Under the pieces are notes generated by a model, which was not told the DNA's origin, searched no databases, and was given only the letters and a program-made list of their open reading frames with translations. 64,000 bases of DNA from the NCBI GenBank assembly GCA_028023455.1, contig JAQFVV010000003.1, forward strand, positions 16,678,001-16,742,000. The letters are read 5' to 3'. This document shows positions 1-14,329 of the stretch, piece after piece; within the stretch, counting starts at the first letter, position 1; each line of letters begins with the position of its first letter. Source of the stretch: Epiperipatus broadwayi. Its lineage: Eukaryota > Animalia > Onychophora. The translations under genes were made by a program, and so were the position numbers.

Positions 1-399
1 AAGTCGTCGACACACATATATATTTATTAATAACATTAGATAAATTCGCTAACAAGAAGTAATAAAGGTGAAATAACTTAGCTATTAAATTTTTAAAAAA
101 AGGAAGAAAAATAAAAAATTGAAATTCTAATGTCAAAATTTACTGTGGATTTGTAATAGTAAGAGAAGGGGAGGGGTGCATAAAGAAATGCGTCTCTTTC
201 TCTCTTGTAAGTCAAATGCTAGAAAGTTATTTTTGTTTATTGTGGGAGAGGGGAAGGGGATGCATAAAGAAATGCATTTCTTCTCTCTCATTAAAAACTA
301 TATAATAACAAATTAAAATAAAATGTACAACACAAATGTGAAAAAAAAAAGAATTGTAAACTTTAAATAAAATGTAATATGTGATATATATAAAAAGAA

Positions 400-1209
400 A
401 AACAATATGGCCATAGGTGTGAAACTCTGTTGGACAAATTAAATTCCACGGACAAAGAAAATGTTAACAACGGAAGATCTTTGCCTGATCTGTTAAATTA
501 ATTGAGACTTACATTCCGGCCACTAATTAAATAAAGAAACATAATGATAAGAATTGGTTGGAAATCTAAGTCTTAATTAAAAATTTTAAAAACAATGAAC
601 AAAAGAAAGAGATTAAAAAAATTACAATTTTTATCTGGCATTGCTAGTAGAGACTTTGAAGAAGCAACAGCTCAAAGAAAATGAAAGAAGTGTGTGGCTA
701 GTGGCGTTAAAGGGATGTGGGTTCGGATTCAAGCCATCTCATCACTGACTCACAATGTAAGATCTTTGCCTGACCTGCTAGAGGGACCGCCGCTTCTGTA
801 GCTGTCAACTGAAACTCAACCTAAAGAATCAACAAGCAAAACTGGAACGAGAAATAACCCCACAAACTGAGGAAGTTAATCAAGAGTGCTTGGAAGAAAT
901 ACCCATGGGACAATTACAACAAAGCCTAGGTAAAAGCATGCATGCATTTTAATCTGTTTACTACTCATAACTAAATACACAATTAATAATTTGATAAAAT
1001 AGAACTCTATCAACAGGACTTTAAGAACTTTAATATTTGATCTGTTTTCATATGTTTTATTATAGCCATGTATTTTATAAGTGTGTGTTTTTTTATTATT
1101 ATTATTATTATAATGTATTTTTTTTACATAAAGTGTGAGTATTATTATTAAACATATTTATCATTAAATTTCGTATCCTTGCTTTATTCTCCTATCACCA
1201 AGCTATGAC
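400..1209 (+). mobile_element. Probable degraded 3' internal region of an LTR retrotransposon
   Basis: A-rich, broken coding-like segment (RSLPDLL read twice from the repeat GATCTTTGCCTGA at ~477 and ~760), then a T-rich tract that ends in a PPT abutting the LTR at 1221. No recognisable domain. Confidence 0.35.
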
Positions 1210-1220
1210 AGGGGGAAAAC
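1210..1220 (+). promoter_or_regulatory. Polypurine tract (PPT)
   Basis: AGGGGGAAAAC immediately before TGTAAT at 1221. Confidence 0.6.
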
Positions 1221-1523
1221 TGTAATTAGTGATTAAAGGGGCATGCTGATTTGTTTAAGGTATTCATGTGCTGCTTGTTCGTGCAAATTCCCAATTCTAA
1301 AAAATAAATAGCAAGCGCTGGACATTCGTTAAATTTCTTTGAAATAGTTTGCTCTGTTCAGCAGCCGAGAGTTCTTAGCCGGGAAAAAATAACGCCAAGA
1401 TAATATGTACATATTGCCTTGGGGTTCAGTCAAGGGTATAGATATGAAGTTAAATTTGTATCTGTATTAGCTCTCTGCTTGTATTGTAATGGCGGTGGTT
1501 AAATAAATAAACAATCCATTACA
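1221..1523 (+). mobile_element. LTR (303 bp), Gypsy-like
   Basis: Starts TGTAAT and ends ATTACA (perfect 6-bp inverted termini), with AATAAA just before the 3' end. PPT upstream and a TGG-initiated PBS 2 nt downstream. Confidence 0.65.
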
Positions 1524-1525
1524 GT

Positions 1526-1543
1526 TGGAGGCTAAGCCGGGAT
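1526..1543 (+). promoter_or_regulatory. Primer-binding site, tRNA-Pro/Thr-like
   Basis: TGGAGGCTAAGCCGGGAT, 2 nt after the LTR end. 14/18 match to the canonical tRNA-Pro PBS TGGGGGCTCGTCCGGGAT, with a similar match to tRNA-Thr 3' ends. Confidence 0.55.
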
Positions 1544-1715
1544 ATTTCGGTTAGCAAAACTGTTAGTAAACAAATAAGAAATAAATAAGATAATAAAGAA
1601 TCAAAGTCGGAAAAAGAATTAAAGTATAATAAATAAATATAATATAAAATAATCGAAATAAAATATAATTGAATACACAAATAACAACCATACGAATAAC
1701 CATTTCCGTTGTAAT

Positions 1716-1733
1716 TGGGGGCCAGTCCGGGAT
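1716..1733 (+). promoter_or_regulatory. Second PBS-like motif (tRNA-Pro)
   Basis: TGGGGGCCAGTCCGGGAT matches TGGGGGCTCGTCCGGGAT at 16/18 positions and is followed by a (TA)n run. Confidence 0.45.
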
Positions 1734-4700
1734 ATATATATATATTGTAAGACTATGGTCTAAATTTTTAAAAATATTGTTCACTTATTTTATTGTAAAT
1801 CTCAGTTGGTTTTAAAAAGCTTAAATAGTTTACTTTATTAATCAATAGTGATTGATAATACATCTTACTGTAAGATGCCTACATAATTTTTAATTTGTTT
1901 TAATGAATGATATATCAAGCTGTTAATTTATTTTATATAGCATTAAAAAGTTTTATTCTCAGAAAGATTTAATAAAATGACTTACAAATTTGATAGATTT
2001 GTTGGTTGACATGTTTATTTATTGCATATATTTACAAACAAGATATAGACAAACAAAATAGTCAATTATTATTTAAAGTGTGTATATGTATTTTACATTT
2101 ATATGATTAGAACAGTATTAAATTACATGTATTTAAAACATTCTATATATATTAACTTTTTAAAATATTTAATATTGTATATTTAAATAGACAAATATAC
2201 AAGGAATGAATATTTTTTATTTAAAAATATGAGTTTAACAATGTATTTTAATTTGTAAATTTATTTATTTTTTATTATTTTTTAAACCATTTATTTATTA
2301 CAGAGTTAAAAAAACATTTTAATATCATGAAAGCTGGTGTATTCACAATAACTTTCTATTGGGTGGAATTAACTCAATAACAGATCATAACAATGAACTA
2401 AATTTAAGTTATACCATATAAACTTTATTTAGGATAGTAACCTAAATTGTGACATCATCAGGAAAAAGGTATTTAAGACCCTGATATTAGTTTAGTCACT
2501 CTCTCAATCTGCATCTCAATAAACAAAGTATGCAAAGTTCATGTGTTATATATTTTAATAATAATGTGGGGTTTTACTATTGACAGAAATGGCTAAGTAA
2601 ATAAGACATTTTCTCAAAAGGCTTCTGTTTTTTAAAAGATCTGCATAACATTTGATAATAAAAATCAGCTCATGAATATATAATTTAAGTGCTATAATGT
2701 ATAATTTATTATGGAATATAATTTAAATGCTACTTTGTATAATTTATGTGGAATATAATTTAAGAGCTACAATATGCCTTATAGAATACAAAAAAATTAA
2801 CAAATGCAATTATTATTGTAAAGAAAATGTTACTATAGCAATATTTTATTATAGAATGCTTTATAGGAAATTTTTTAACTTCATTAAAGTGGATAAATGT
2901 TTTAAATACTATAAATTGGGATACACATCACATATTTAGCATATCTATGTACTACAGAAAACATCATGAAATATTAGTAAGATTTCTAATGACTTTTTGA
3001 ACATTAAGTTTATCAAAGTTTGATATAAATTAATAAATATTATTTTAATGATATTATAGTTTAAAGAACATTTATTGTATATATTGGTAAAATTAAACAG
3101 ATAATATAGTTTTATTCTCTATTTTTAATATTATAAAAATATTCAATTTTTATCCAGAGAGATCTGTTTTGAAAATGATGGATAATAATATGCAAGACAT
3201 TTCCAGCAGACTCACCAAATTTTAACTAATGTGAATGATTGAAAATTTGTTTTTTTTTTATATTTTCTATTATTGTCAATTTTTTTTAAGTTTTGTTTTC
3301 ACACTTGGAATCAAATGTGTTCACATTTTTTTTGGAAACGTTTATTATGAGAGTAAGGAGAGGGAAGTTATTAGATTTAGCTAGATATTTTTTTTTTGTT
3401 ATTAAATAAAATCTAGAACAGCTTGCCTTCCCAACCAAATTGACATTGACAGCATAATGTGAAATAAAAGATTTCAATATTATCTCACATTAAGAACCTA
3501 CACTATAAAATAGGACAGAATTAATGTTAGTTTGTTAATCATTAACTAACATTTGTTAAGTGTTTCTTTTGTATAATTGATTAACAACCTTGCAAGGATG
3601 CTTTTTTTCAATTAATGTTAGAGATGTCTATATGTAGAGGGGTCTCAAAAAAGATTTACCATCATCAATATGAACTGGATAACAAGGATTTTTATGATGT
3701 GATTGTAAATAGGATTGATTAGCCATTTAGATTCATGGTTATGTAAATATTATTTTATATATGTCTTTGTAAATAACTGATGCCAAGCACATGAATTTCT
3801 ACCATGGGCTGAGGGATAAGCATTTTTTATTACTATCATTATTAGATAAAAATATGGTAGAAGAATGGCATTCTCCTGCTTGGAACGATAATATAGGGAT
3901 CTTATCCAGGTGATTTTCTCTTGAATTAGGTGTAGGCATCTTGTAAAAAACAACAGATGTTATTTAGGCTTTACAGCAATGAACAGATAAAGTCACTATG
4001 CTTCCATGGCTCTGGTAATGGTGTTATATCCCCTATGGTATCATTGATTTTAGCTGGAACACATTGTATAATGATATATATTATATATGTAGTTTATTCA
4101 GTATATGCATATTTTTAATTATAGTTTTTATATGGTAGTTGTCAGTACTTCTTATTCAAATACATTTTGTTGTAGTTTTTTTCATCATTGAAATAATTTT
4201 AATTGTAGTTTTTTATGACTAATGGCATCACTTTGTTGCAGTATGTTCTATCCATAGGTGGAGTCACTATCTATGCATCAAAATAGACAAGAAGATGCTA
4301 TTAACCTGTTTATGTTTTTTCTAATGAAAATAGTATATTTGAAAAAAAAAAAATTTATGAAAACTAAAGTAATATAATATATTTAAAAAACAAACTTGAA
4401 ATTAATATCTTAACAAATGTTAAAAAACAGCAATAAAACATTAAAATAATATGTTTTTGGAAATATTAAAATAATATAATTTGTTTAGAAAACAAAGCTG
4501 AAATTAATATGTTTAGTGAACAAAAATTAATTGAAAAGCATTTGGAAAAAGATAAATTATCATCAATAACAAACAAAGTAATTGAAAAATAAATATTTCT
4601 ATTAAATATGTTTAATGTAAACATTCAGGAAGGAATGAAATTATTGATGAGGTTAACAATTTCACAAATTGAAAATAATAAACTAATGAGTAGTAAAAAG

Positions 4701-7700
4701 TAGATCAAACCAAAAGCATGCATTTATTTCTTATAGTAGGTTTGCTCTAACTTTCATTATTTTTATACAGCACCAACCATGTGACACTTTTACAGAACTT
4801 GTGATGATGCTTGAGCCTATGTAAGTTATTACAACTTCCTCACTTTTGTATCAGCAAGAAATAAACATTTCTTTCAAAGTGTTATGAAAAATTTCTGTTG
4901 ACAATTGATATGTAATGCAAAGAGAATTTTAGTATTTTTACACGAACACAATTTCTTGAATGATTGTACCACTACATGACCTTGTACCAATTGTTTGCTC
5001 TCATCAGTAACTTAATTTCTTATTGATAACCCTTGATAGAAATATTTGCTTTTTCAATTATTTTTGCCCTTGTCAATAATTTAAATTTTCTTATAGGATT
5101 TCCAATCAGTTTTTGTTCTCTAATATATTAATTTCAACTTTGTTTCCTAAATAAATTATATTATTTTTATGTTTTTATAAACATTTATTATTTGTAGAAC
5201 ATAATGGATTATCTTTTGTCTACATTGCTGTGTGGGTGGTGGCTCTTCCAGTAGGTAATAAATATATGCAATGAGGGCACTTGCTCTGAATGGTTTCATA
5301 GCTTCCAGGAGAAGCTGCTTGTTTATATACTCACAGGATTATTATTATTTTTTGGTATAAGACTTATTTTAAACCCATTGAAGATTCCAATTTTTCTTTA
5401 CTGATGTTGGAATACTATTGTTTTAAATTTAATGGGTAAACAATACTCTGTTTCATGCTTTCCTTTGCTCTCTTGGGAAATGTATAATTTAACAAATTAA
5501 CTACTCTCTTAAATACTGACTAAAATAAATAAATTGCTCTCAATCTTTTTTTCATGCTGGAAATAGTCAACATTAAATAAACATCTGGAGTTTCTTACTA
5601 ATTAGAAAAATTAACTTAGTTTACCAACAAAGGAATTTGCACTTTTAGCTTTTACCTCTAATTACATTTTTAATCTTGTTTTAGTTAATTTGCTTTTAAA
5701 AACAAAATTAAAAGTTAGGCTTAATGTGTTTATTTGAATTTATCTGAAATGTCTTTTGCATAATCTTTTCTTTAAGTAATTTTAATTTTTTAAATAATAT
5801 ATTTTATTAAGTAAATTATGGTAATCTGTTTGCTATATATATATACATATTTTATTTTTTTTAGATTTTAATTGAAGGATTAACTAAAAATTTCAAGAAA
5901 ACATTTATAAATAATTAATGTTGTTAAAATTGAGACTAAAAGTTAACTTTATTTAAGTAATTACTTTAATAAAAATATATATTTATATTTTCAAAACTGT
6001 AGCTATATAATATTTCTATGTATATTCATACACATGTCTATTCATATTATATAATTGAATATTTATAAATACAGGAATCACATATATTTAAAATTTTTTA
6101 TCCACTTAGTAGCACTTTCAATTATCCTTATAATCTTTGTCAACTAACACTTTGAAAGGCTAGACTTCCAAAAATTCTGTCTTCTTAACATTTGCTGCCT
6201 GCCTGTTAATTAAGTCATGTTTGTATTTGTATATTAGCATAGCTTCTTTTCTTTTTCTTTTATTGTTCATATATATATATTGAATTTTAGATTTACTTAT
6301 GCTTAATGAACTTAATTTTAATTCTTCCCTGATTGACTTGTTCATTTTGACTACAATTATATGTGTCACACTTTAGTCAGTCAGAAGATTCAAAAATTTC
6401 ATACAACTGATATAATCATGATTAAAAAAAAACATTGGTTATCTTTTTGTCTTAAGTATAATTGATGAATGATGATTAAACTAACACTTTTATTTGGGAT
6501 TTTGTCCAAGTATATTAATCCCTTTATTAGAAAGCCCATCACAATCAACCAGAAACTGTGATCAGATTTATAGAACAGATGGCATCTATAAGAAAGAGAA
6601 ATACATGATATTAGAATTGTTTTAAGTCATGCTTTCTGGCACTGAATAAATAATCATAATGCACATCTTATTTAACTTTATTAAATGTGCAAGCATCAGT
6701 AATGTTGTGTGGATCATGACATGCATGTGTGATTCTGATAATTTTAATTTTCATGTTAAAGAACTTTATAAGTATTTTTTAATAAATATATAATTATATG
6801 CATGATTAACTCCATCTCTAGGAAAACTATTTCTTTAAATAAAATTTGGTTCCCAACTTATACCATATGCAAAATTTAGATACACAGTATTTCAATTACA
6901 ATATATACTTGTATATTGAGACATATTTATATATACTGTACACGTTTATGGAAAATGAATATTAATGAAAAAAACAACTTGCAATCACATAAAGTATAAA
7001 AAATGACTAAAGTATGACAGGATATATGATTACACTAAAGGAAACTTATTGTTATTTAGTGCAAGCACAGGAACTTGAGATAGGAAAGAGAACAAAAATG
7101 GAATAATGTCTTGAACTGTAGCTGTGGTTTACATAGAAACAGAAGACTATTGAATACATACGTTTTGAATATAAGATGCTGAAAGTGGATCAGGTTTATA
7201 TGTATAGAAAGTGAAAGTAACTTAAAAACAAAGGAAATGAAAGAAATAGAGGTTATAATTGTTATAACAAAAATGGAAATATAAAGGGTGTGAAACAGTT
7301 TTTATTAAAATGGAATAAGAAAAGAAACTGAAATGAATCAAGGCTGAAAAACTGGACTGGTAAAGGAAATTAATATCATGGTAAACAATTTATTTTAGCA
7401 GAAATAAATACTTAATTTGATTAATTGTTTCCCTAGGTTGTCAAATAAAAAGCCATATTACAGAAAAGAAAATGAATGCACTCTCGTTTTTCTTAAATAA
7501 TTTTGTTTTGAGAGTTTGTGGAAAACAATGACCGCATATGATAACTAGTGTTTATGACTTAAAAACAGCCACCAATGTCAAACGACTCTTAAGAATCACA
7601 AAACTTGCTTTTTAACATATCAATATATAGATTTTTATTAGCTTTTATTAAGTTAGTACAATATTTTTAATTTAAAAAAGTCATTTATAAAATGAGAAAA

Positions 7701-9002
7701 GGAAAGCACTTGAAATGTTTCTAATTTATGAAAAGAATTTCAAGTTTTTGCAGCAATACATTAAAAATTATCCTTTGATTAATTAATTATTTTTTTTTAA
7801 TCTGATAAAAAAGAAAAACATAATTTATGATTGGCTTCATTTTTTTTTAAAAAAAAACTCATTTAATTTATTTTGAATATCTTCAGAGTACAATTACGTC
7901 TAAGATAGTGATAAAATCATTAAAACAAAAATTAAAAATGAGAGGAGGAGGGGTGGAGGATAAATTTGTTTAATTGATAGCTGATGTAAAGATAGTTTTA
8001 ATTCCAAGCTTTATTTTAAGAATTTTGATAAAAGAAAATTGCCATTTTATTATAAAAAGTTATTAAATAATTTTTTACGATGTATAATATTATATGCTGA
8101 GTTTTCTGCAAGAGAGATGATTTATATGCATAAGCAATATGATACAATGATTAAAATGATAAACTTGCTAACCCCTTATATTATTTAGCTATTTCTTAAA
8201 AAGACTGAGTTAATCAGTGAAAAAAGACTTTATAGTATATGCTACCCCCCTGATAATAGTGAACATCATATCACAGACATTTTACTTTTATGGATAATGT
8301 ATCAACACTTATTAGGTAGGTCAAATTATTTTGAAATCTTCACTCCCCAAACAAGATTAACTAGATTCATAAACTAATATCGAATGTTTAGCTATAGCTA
8401 CCTAAATATTTTGGCGGGATTCAGTAACCTAAACAAATTTTCAGCTACACTTGGATTCTAATCCCAGATTATAGGCCTGGACTTAAAATATAACTCCTAC
8501 ACCATTAAAATAGGTAAGAACTCTCTATACTTATTGTCATGTGATGTTTATTGAACTTCTACACTATAAAGCATTTATTCATTTATTAATTCTAAAAAAA
8601 TTTTTAACAATGGGATTTGATTGTAGACTATTATTATAGTCTTTTCTATATTCAGATAAACAAATTTTTATCCTTATTCTTAAAGTTGGATTTTTTCATC
8701 CTTTCCTGAAAAACATTTCATTAACTGTTTCAAAACTATAAAGTCTTGATTTCTACTAAATTTTTTCTTTCTTTTGTATTTTTTGCCCCTTCTCTCTAAC
8801 AAATATATTTCTGCATATATATTAATCTTTTTTATATATACTTTCGGTATCCTTTTTACAGTCTTTAGTAGGCAGTGTAAATATAAGGAACTATGTGGAA
8901 CTAGTACCTGGTTTATACTTATACACATGCAAATTGAAATGGGTTCAAAATATTATAATAAATTTTACTCATTGTTTATATTGTTTTTTTTTAAGTGTCA
9001 TA

Positions 9003-9088
9003 GCATCGGCCGGGGCGCGAACCTGCAACCCGGACAACTGCCTGCAAGTGCAAGGCAGTTGTGCTGACCTCTCGACCATCACTAATGA
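9003..9088 (-). ncRNA. tRNA-derived element (tRNA-Gly-like pseudogene or SINE head)
   Basis: Minus strand has an A-box-like TGGTCGAGAGG and a B-box-like GGTTCGCGCCC. The 3' end CCCGGCCGATGC matches my recollection of arthropod tRNA-Gly(GCC). There is a 9-bp stem (CAACTGCCT/AGGCAGTTG). It is a GC/CpG-rich island in very AT-rich DNA. Confidence 0.6.
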
Positions 9089-12000
9089 TTTTTTAAGCAT
9101 TTGTTGCTTATTCCCATATTTCTAAATAGAATTATTTTTCAACTGTTTCTATCTCAAATTTGTCAAAAGACTTCTCATATAAATTGTAAAGATTAACCCC
9201 AATAATATATCATAAATGCAGAGTCCATATTCATTACTCAGGTGATCAATAATTCACTGAAACTAAAATAATATTTTTAAAACCATGTGATATTAATATT
9301 TTTCTTTTAACATGGTAAAATGTCTGTATTATCATAAGACCTGTATTTTATTCTTGGATTCATGGGTGGTTTATTTGTGGTAAATATATTTTTGGATCTG
9401 AACTTTAAATAATTTATTAACAATTTTTATCCTTGCACATGTTAACTCTCCAATACATATTTGAATTCATAATTTGAACCTTCTTCACTTTATATTGTTT
9501 TGTAATTATTCGTTTTTACAGTAAAATATGACAAATATTTATCCAAATAATATAATTTAATAAAATATATTAATTCAGACTTACTCTTCTTAATTTGGTC
9601 CTGTATCATCATCACCTCCCACCATCCATTTTTATCAAATTTCAATTGTTTGACTTGGTTTAACTTCTACAACCATATAGAACTGAATATCAGCTAAATC
9701 TGAAATTGTCAAGATTTTCTTTTATTACTATCACCATCTTCACAACTTGCTTCACTCTAATAAAATATTTTAAATTAAATTCGACTTTATATATAAATAT
9801 TTACTCATACTCAATTATATATATGCCATGTGATCAATAAATTTGATATTCTTTAAGCATTCATACTGTCTTATATACATTTTTTATGAAGACGTCTTAT
9901 TTGCTTTATATTTTGCACTCAACTAAACACATAGATGATTATTTTTAATGAGTTTTCCTATGTGCCAACTTAAACTCAATCTTCATTGTTTTGATTTTAT
10001 GGAAAAAAGTCATGTGGTGTTTGGGTTTTCCTATTACACTGACAAATTGTTTGCAGGACAATTCATTATACCTTTATTGTTGATCACATTTTGCTTTGAT
10101 ATCATGGCAAGATCACAATGTAATCATCTTCACATAAGAAATATAAAGATTAGTTTTAGTATTAACAGTTATTTGTATTATTATTCTAGCAATAATATTT
10201 ATAAAAGGTAGGGCTTTTACTCAGTTATAAAACTCAACTTTATCCGACAAACCATATTGACTTCATAATCTTTTTTACAATCATTTTTATAATACATTAT
10301 AATGGTAACATTCCACTTATACATAAACAGTTACTATCTTCATTTATTTTCATTCCCCACAATGCATTGTATAACCACTAAGGATATATACAGAATTTAG
10401 AAGATAAATTAGATTGAGTTCAATCATAACCTTCCCTAAATTAAATTTTTACATCATATGAACAGGTTTTGTTAAAGGAAGATATTCTGTAAATCTTTGA
10501 TGTTAGTAATATAATAATAATTCAAATTATTTATCTTTCTCTGATTCATCCTTGTTAAGTCTTAACCATGATCATTAAACTACCAACTTTTATTTAATGC
10601 TAGGTTATTATGGAAAAGGAAAAAAATCTTAATATGAATATAATAATAATATTATAATTAATTTATTATATTTAAAATGCTTGCAATTGAATATCTTACT
10701 GACCAAAATTATGTCCTATCATTTTGATAATAAAGGATTTTTTTTATTTATCTAGGGCACCATGGCAAACTCATTTACCATTGAGAGCTGCATGAACTAT
10801 TTAACATCAAGTCAGGGGCTGCATTGCAATAAAATGCAGAAATTAAAAGAAAGCATATTATTTATTAGTAACTTTGTAGTTTTACATATAAAATAACATA
10901 TGACAAAATATAATTACCTTCAAAAACACATATAAAGTACAGAAGTAAACCAACATCAATTTTATTCAAAAATAGTGCATTATTTTTTTGAAGAAACTTG
11001 GCATCATTTTTCATTAACCAACTTTTCAAAATTTGTTGAGCTTATATACTTTTAAAATTATAGCTGCTAATTACTGGTTTTGTCTAACTATTCAATTATT
11101 ATGGTCACATTAACCTCACTTTAATTATTTGCTATTTTATTTATTGAGTGTAATTTTTTGTGCTGGGACTAATATAATAGACTTGATATGTGCATAGTAG
11201 ATCAAACATTAATAGCATACCAAACACTGTGTTACAAACATATTAAATATACACTTCCAATTCTTATAGAAAGATAATTAAATGGCTTTGTTGCTTAAGA
11301 GTTTATAGAATATTTGAGTGCCGGAATTGACAGATATGGGCTTTTTACTTAGAGGCTTTCATTCTACCATTGAACTTAAACATGTGTAGCTCCAAATAAT
11401 TTAATGATTTTTAATAGGTAAAATTGGTCAAAACATTTTAATATTTAATGACTGTGGGTTTTGAATATAATATGGAAATTCCCATGTATTAAAATATTTT
11501 CAAGATACATATGCATGCTCAAACTTTTGAATATTTTAATCAAATATGAGGGCAAAAAATGTTGAAAGTGAATTCTATTTAAGAAGCTTTTATGAAGTGC
11601 TCTAAATTAATATCATAAATTCATATTTCTAAATCTAATTAATAACTTTTATACATTTGAAAATACTATTATATTATCAGTAAATTCCATTATGTCATGA
11701 TGAGAATATAATGTAAAAAGAATTAGTTGTAAAATCATTAAAAGACAGATATTATATGTTTGAATAATATTAATTCACTAAAATCAACTACATAAGAAAT
11801 ATTCTTCTAAATAATTTTACATTTAATACTTCAACCATAATATATCCAAATTAACCTCTCATAAAGGATTTATTATTATGATTCATAATATAGAGTATAT
11901 TAAGTGACTATGGCAGAATACTAACAAATAAACTACACAAACAATGTTAATAATTTTGATATCTCTGATATTTAGCTGCATATCGTGATACAGGGGTCAG

Positions 12001-14329
12001 TATCTATACTTGACAAAATAATAAAAATAATAAGTACCTATTCATAATAATGAAATTTTTGACTACAGATATATCTGATGTTTCACTATAATTCATGATA
12101 TAAAACATGTTAATCTTCCATGGTAAAATACTGAGAACTAAGCAATTTCTCAGAATTGGAATAATCATGATTTTAACATTTTAATATGATTCGTAATACA
12201 AGGCATAACAGAATACTGAGAAATACTTAATACAATTTTTTTTTTATTATGCATAAACTTACCATGACTTAAATAATTGTACAGTTATTTTAAATGTTGA
12301 ATGATTTTATTTCAAATGTTGAATGATTAAGCAATAATTAAAATTCTGTTCTAATATGAACATATGTTGATAACTTTGCAGTTCATCTCATAATTTGCTT
12401 TGTGGATTCACAAATCGCACACTAAATCTACTTATTACTGACTATACAGTATAACTTAAAAATTAAAAATTATTGGGAAGTTTTTTTCTTATTATTTTAA
12501 ATGCAAGATAAGTTATAAAAAACAAACTTCCCAATACTTTTAATTTTTTTTACTGTTTTCAATATATATTTAAATCAAGTTGATGTTATAATCAGTTTTC
12601 TTTTGGCTATTTTAATATTTCTCCATTATTTTCAATAATTAATAAATTCAATAATTCCTTACTGCTGTCATCATTATAGCTGTGAATCTGACTGTAAATG
12701 TCAAAAGCATACTCAGTCAGTTAAACACTTTATAAATTTATAATTTTTCCATGCTGTTTAAATATAGAATAATTAATAAACTGTAATTATTCATTATCTA
12801 TTTAATTATATTATTTAACTTCAAAACTATACAATCAGTTCAAATTGTTTCCACATAACATATACATATAACCATACATATGTTTAAACAAATTTATGCA
12901 CAAACACTCAATATATTTTATTATTGAGAATTAATAAATAAATAAATTTTAATTCAAAGTTTTGGCTTGTAATTGTTTATTTATAATGTGAATTATTTAA
13001 AATCTGTTAAATAGTTTAAATTTTCTTAGAATGATTATTTTCTAATTCCTCTTTCATATTGTCATAAAAGTATATATTTAAATCAGCAATGGCTACACAC
13101 AGTGTGGTACCACTGTTAATATTTAAATGCCCTAATTTTATATCATTTTTTAAAATTGTACTGATATTCCTTTCAGCACTTTCCTAAATATGTATTTATT
13201 TTGAAATTAGTTTGAATGTCATGTAGTTTAAATTTTATGCCCTCTTTATAGCACATAGTCTAAACAACTGCAATTTTTTTTTATATATTTCAAATAATTT
13301 CTTTTTTTAAAGCTACGATTTAAAATATTGTAAAATTTATTGTAATTAATGATACAATAATAAAGAGCAAATTTATTTTAATTATAATAACTGATTATAA
13401 GAAATAAATCAATTGAATCAAGTTAATAATTTCTTTCTTTTTGCAATTTTATGACTAAAATTTTTAATTTTTTTTATATAAACATTTTAATAGTTATTGT
13501 GAATAATGATTATAATAAAAAAAAATCAAACTTAAAATGATATTTATATAAAACAAACTCTCTTTTTAGGAGTGATATGAGGTATTACTTATAGTCGAAT
13601 ATTACTATACCACATTGCACCTATTGAGGATAAATATATTTAGTAAAATCATTAGATTCTTTGATATAGTAAACTTGTACGTTATTTTTAAAATAGACCT
13701 TCTAAAATAATAAAAGCATTTTCATCTTATATTGAGAATAAGTGATCTATTTCAAATTTTTACTAACATTTTCAAATGTCAAAGCTAATAAGATTTTACT
13801 TCAGGCAATATTTAAATTACAATCCACTCTAAATTTATCATTTGAAACTTGATTTATATATGACAAACATATAAAATATTATTTTGGGGCATGATAAATA
13901 ATTTTAATACGTCAATATATAAGGAAAAAATTCTGAGTTTATCATAAATTAAATATCTGAAAGGCTTTCTTTTTTTCCTAAAAATTAATAAATTTAAGCA
14001 AATAATCATTTATAATTTCATCTTGGCTATTTTGTTTATATAATGTGTATATAGCTATTCTGTTAGATTTTGTGTAGTTACAAATGATTTTTGAAATAAT
14101 ATCTCTAAACATGGCAAATAATTTGTAATTTGTCAAAAATATTTTTCTTCCTGTGTATAGTAAACTGTTTTCTTTCTCTCTTAGGAAACTTAACCACTAG
14201 ATGGTGCTTTAAGCAAAACTGATAAAAATAATTCATTTTCTATAGTGGAAATTGTATTAAAGAGATATGTATAACTAAGAAAATTTTAGATAAATTTTTA
14301 CTATTTGAATAGAAGTTATGCTGCAGGAC

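Noticed and set aside
163-290. Two copies of a GGGGA...GCATAAAGAAATGC...CTCTC motif
   Set aside because: A real short duplication, probably inside the LTR element's internal region, but with no further support for function.
3158-3225. Candidate terminal exon (TTTTTATCCAG then RSVLKMMDNNMQDISSRLTKF*)
   Set aside because: Plausible acceptor, but I found no partner exon or recognisable homology, and chance occurrence is likely.
3634-5010. Mariner-like TIR (TAGAGGGGGTCTCAAAAAA) and faint transposase-like translation
   Set aside because: No matching second TIR was found and the protein similarity is too weak.
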